Shown here: positions 60,716-64,000 of the stretch, piece after piece | How the letters are laid out: each line of letters starts with the position of its first letter | Numbering within the stretch: the first letter of the stretch is position 1 | Assembly (NCBI GenBank): GCA_030390025.1 | Contig: CM059432.1 | Location: forward strand, 67,520,001-67,584,000 | Length of the DNA: 64,000 nucleotides | Direction: 5' to 3' | Source: Squalus acanthias | Taxonomy: Eukaryota | Notes under the pieces: generated by a model | What the model was told of the DNA's origin: nothing | The model's input: only the letters and a program-made list of their open reading frames with translations | Databases searched by the model: none | Program-made: the position numbers and the translations under genes

Positions 60716-62408
60716 GTGCGGAATTTTTCGGGGGGGTCAGCGGGGGCGTTTGGTGGCGGGTCAGCTGGAAAAAAAATGTTTTGACCGCGGGTAGGGAACC
60801 CGCTGTCAACCCGCCTCTGCATTAGTCTCCCAGATGTCGGGTCTGTCATCGCTGAACAGACCCGACATCGAGCGGCGGAGGAGGCAATTTACATCATTAG
60901 AGAGATTGTTAAGAGGCAATTAACTAATATTTTATGCTTACCTTTTGATTTTTAAAGTTCACGAACAGCTTTCCCGCTGCTCGGGGATCACGTCAGGTAA
61001 GGAGGTCGGGTGTTGTGTCAGCATGGGATGATTTCTTTACTTGACAGCTGCAAATGGTCTATAAAAGCTTCCATTTCATAGGTGTTCACTTTCCAAGGTT
61101 AGAAGCTGTTACTTACTGCATTTGGAAGACAGATTGAGTTTTATGCAGCTAGCAAGTGTTTGGAGCAAACTCTCTATCCAGTGTCACCTCATTGGAACAA
61201 CCTGTCCCACCATTGACAGATCGCTTCTGTCACGTCAACCTCACCTGCCATCTATTTCATCAGCATCGTGAAAAAATCTCACCTTGGTCCTCAGAATTTA
61301 ACCATGATCAGCCCCAACACCAGCAGCACCAGGCACACCAGCAGCACCAACAACACCAACCTTCTCTGCAATCAGCTGGTGCTGCACAGGACACTGGGCT
61401 TCAGCACCCGACCACATTGCTGCCTGGGAGGCCAGGGATGGCCTCACCATGGCCAGATTTACTTCACTTGACGCTGTATACCCAGGCTGCCACCTGATGC
61501 GCCAGGTTGGTACCACACCACACCAACACCATAAAGCATCCCTACAATGCCCAAGCCATTACTTTCACACTCATCACCATTGCGGTGGGTACCCTTATGT
61601 CTCACCATTCACTACAACTCACTACGCCACTTCCAAAGGTGCACACAAATCTGTCCAAGAACGCAAAGTGTTGAAAATAAAGATTTCAATGTTTGACACC
61701 ACATTAACAGAAACTTCACATGAACATTGGCTAAAATACCCAAGTGCCTACCCTTGTGTGTTGTTACTTGGTATGATTGCACTAGGATGAGGGTGAGTGT
61801 GAGGGGTGGCTAGTGAGATGGGGAAATGATAATGTAGATAGAGAGCGATGGTGGAGGTGCAAGGTAAGTTGGTGTGAGTAAGGATGTGCAGGAGTAGGGT
61901 AGGGAAGGCAGAGTGATGGGGATGTGATAAGTGGCACAGCAGGATGAGGTTGAGTGTGGCTCTGCAGTAACGTTTTGTGATCTACTGAGATCATTGAAAG
62001 ATTTGTGCCACTGCAGCCTGGTCCTCCTAACAGCATCCCTACCTGTGTCCTCCTGTGCAATGTGCAACCAGGCTGCGTTGATCTCCTGGGGAGGTCTCTT
62101 CCACCCATGGTAAGGGAAGAGAACCTCCCTGTGTGCTGTGACTCCCTCAATGCTGTAGAACACTGACAGCAGAACTGTCAAAAACAATTTGCGCATGGTC
62201 CCTTTAAGGAAACCGGCTGATGACATGTCATCAAATGACGTCATCAGACCCGCTTCCTTCAATTGGCCGGGAAACGCGCTGGGTGGGCTTAACAAGCTCA
62301 ATCAGCGGAAAATTATTTTCACAGAGTGGGATGGAGCCAGCAGCAGGGTCGCACCCCCTCACCAACCTCAGCCACCCCGGACCCACCTCTGTAGGCATAA
62401 CTGCGGCC
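60716..62408 (+). mobile_element. Non-autonomous Harbinger derivative (deleted transposase on +, Myb exon 1 on -)
   Basis: TSD TTA (60713-60715, 62409-62411); 'DQPQHQQHQAHQQHQQHQP' fused to 'MARFT'; 'HREVLFP..AWLHIAQE..RTRLQWHKSFNDL' on -. Confidence 0.8.
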
Positions 62409-62875
62409 TTAGGATTGGTCCTTTAAGAGCTTCTGTCACTGATCCCACAGGAGTATCCAAGGTCAGTGGAAGTTTCTCTCTTTTCCATTAAATGGCAGGC
62501 AATCATGCCACTATGGGTGCATCTTGAGCACCTGCCATAGCTGGGGTGGATGGGAATGGTGGGCAGCCACTCATGTGTGCCAGCACCACCAGCATGAAGA
62601 AAATTTGATTGGGGCACATCAAGCTTCTATGCAAGGGAGCTGGGTCACCCACAAAAATGGCGGCATTCCTTCAGGGGCCCCCCAGGTACAGCCGCTTATC
62701 TGTGATGGGCAAGGCAACAATTTCTTTCTCTCGGTGTACAAGCTGATGGTATCCAGACCTGAGCCGAAGAAACTTCCTCAAGGGTTGTCCTGATCTCGCA
62801 CAGCAAAGGGAATTCCACGGTACACCTGCAAAAACAGCATAAATGGCTGTTTCTCATGGGACTCTGCCAATTTCC

Positions 62876-63253
62876 CGCCTTTCATGACCACCGGACGTCC
62901 CAAAGCGCTTTACAGCCAATTAAGTACTTTTTGGAGTGTAGTCACTGTTGTAATGTAGGAAACATGGCAGCCAATTTGTGCACAGCAAGCTCCCATAAAC
63001 AGCAATGTGATAATGACCAAATAACCAGTTTTTATTATGTTGATTGAGAGATAAATATTGGCCAGGACACCAGGAATAACTCCCCTGCTTCTTCTTCAAA
63101 ATAATGCCATGGGATCTTTTATGTCCACCTGAGAGAGCAGATGGGGCCTCGGTTTAATGTCTCATCCGAAAGATAGCACCTCCGACAGTGCAGCACTCCC
63201 TCAGCACTGCACTGGAGTGTCAGCCTAGATTTTTGTGCTCAAGTCTCTGAAGT
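62876..63253 (-). mobile_element. SacSINE1/DeuSINE-like SINE
   Basis: Reverse complement of the Deu-domain sequence TTTCGGATGAGAC.TTAAACCGAGGCCCC..AAAGATCCCATGGCA, with L2-like tail. Confidence 0.85.
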
Positions 63254-63735
63254 TATGGTGGGAGATCAGGACAACCCTCGTGTAAATTTAGGGCCAATAT
63301 TTTTGAGGGTTTATTTGGTGTTACATAATTAACAATTTTAGTTGCTTTTCAAATTTGCCAAAGCAATAAACAAATTAAAGCATTTGATCATGTAATGTGT
63401 ATCCAGAGTGACTTATGAATGCTCAAACTTGTCACTTTTCTAACGTTACATTGTCAATAAATTTTTTAACAAGAGATTAATATCATTAAATCCTCCAGAA
63501 GGCTCTTGTTTGGATATGTCTGTATTGCAGCAGCTGGCGAAGTGACTGATGGATGACAAGGCCTAATATTGTATCCCTAATTATCTCCTTTTGCTTCAAG
63601 CTTGCAGTACTTTGACATTTTTACAACATGGTTAGATTCTGCATATGCTAAAGGAACACCTAGGGAATAGGAAATAAAAACTAAAAACTACAACACCCTA
63701 GTATTTGTCCTGCTTCCACATCCTGGAAATTGAAG

Positions 63736-64000
63736 CTAGGCTGACACTCCAGTGCAGTGCTGAGGGAGTGCTGCACTGTCGGAGGTGCCGTCTTTCGGAT
63801 GAGACGTTAAACCGAGGCCCCGTCTGCTCTCTCAGGTGGACGTAAAAGATCCCATGGCACTATTTCGAAGACGAGCAGGGGAGTTATCCCCGGTGTCCTG
63901 GCCAATAATTATCCCTCAACCAACATAACAAAAACAGATTATCTGGTCATTATCACATTGCTGTTTGTCGGAGCTTGCTGAGCACAAATTGGCTGCCTCA
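63736..64000 (+). mobile_element. SacSINE1/DeuSINE-like SINE (runs off window)
   Basis: CCGTCTTTCGGATGAGACGTTAAACCGAGGCCCCGTCTGCTCTCTCAGGTGGACGTAAAAGATCCCATGGCAC, Deu domain as in AmnSINE1/SacSINE1. Confidence 0.88.

Overview
Eukaryotic, gene-poor, repeat-saturated genomic DNA, almost certainly from a cartilaginous fish (shark-type CR1 LINEs, L2, SacSINE1/DeuSINE-like SINEs, Penelope-like elements). No host protein-coding exon is recognisable. The window is a stack of nested transposons. (1) A 6.06-kb minus-strand endogenous retrovirus (19998-26059) has near-identical LTRs, a 5-bp TSD and a tRNA-Ser-like PBS. It is internally deleted in every gene and appears to carry two unrelated envelope-type remnants: a gamma-type ISD env after integrase, and a second heptad/WWD/TM glycoprotein C-terminus lodged inside pol. 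(2) There are many PIF/Harbinger elements: one near-complete two-gene copy (36718-40978), its MITE, Myb-retaining deletion derivatives, GC-rich MITEs and older fossils. (3) A GIY-YIG Penelope-like element and fold-back mini-copies with 15-bp TSDs carry hammerhead ribozyme cores. (4) A second LINE family has a longest copy that seems to begin with a tRNA-derived SINE head and has no room for a normal ORF1. Family names come from motif recognition by eye, not from database searches.
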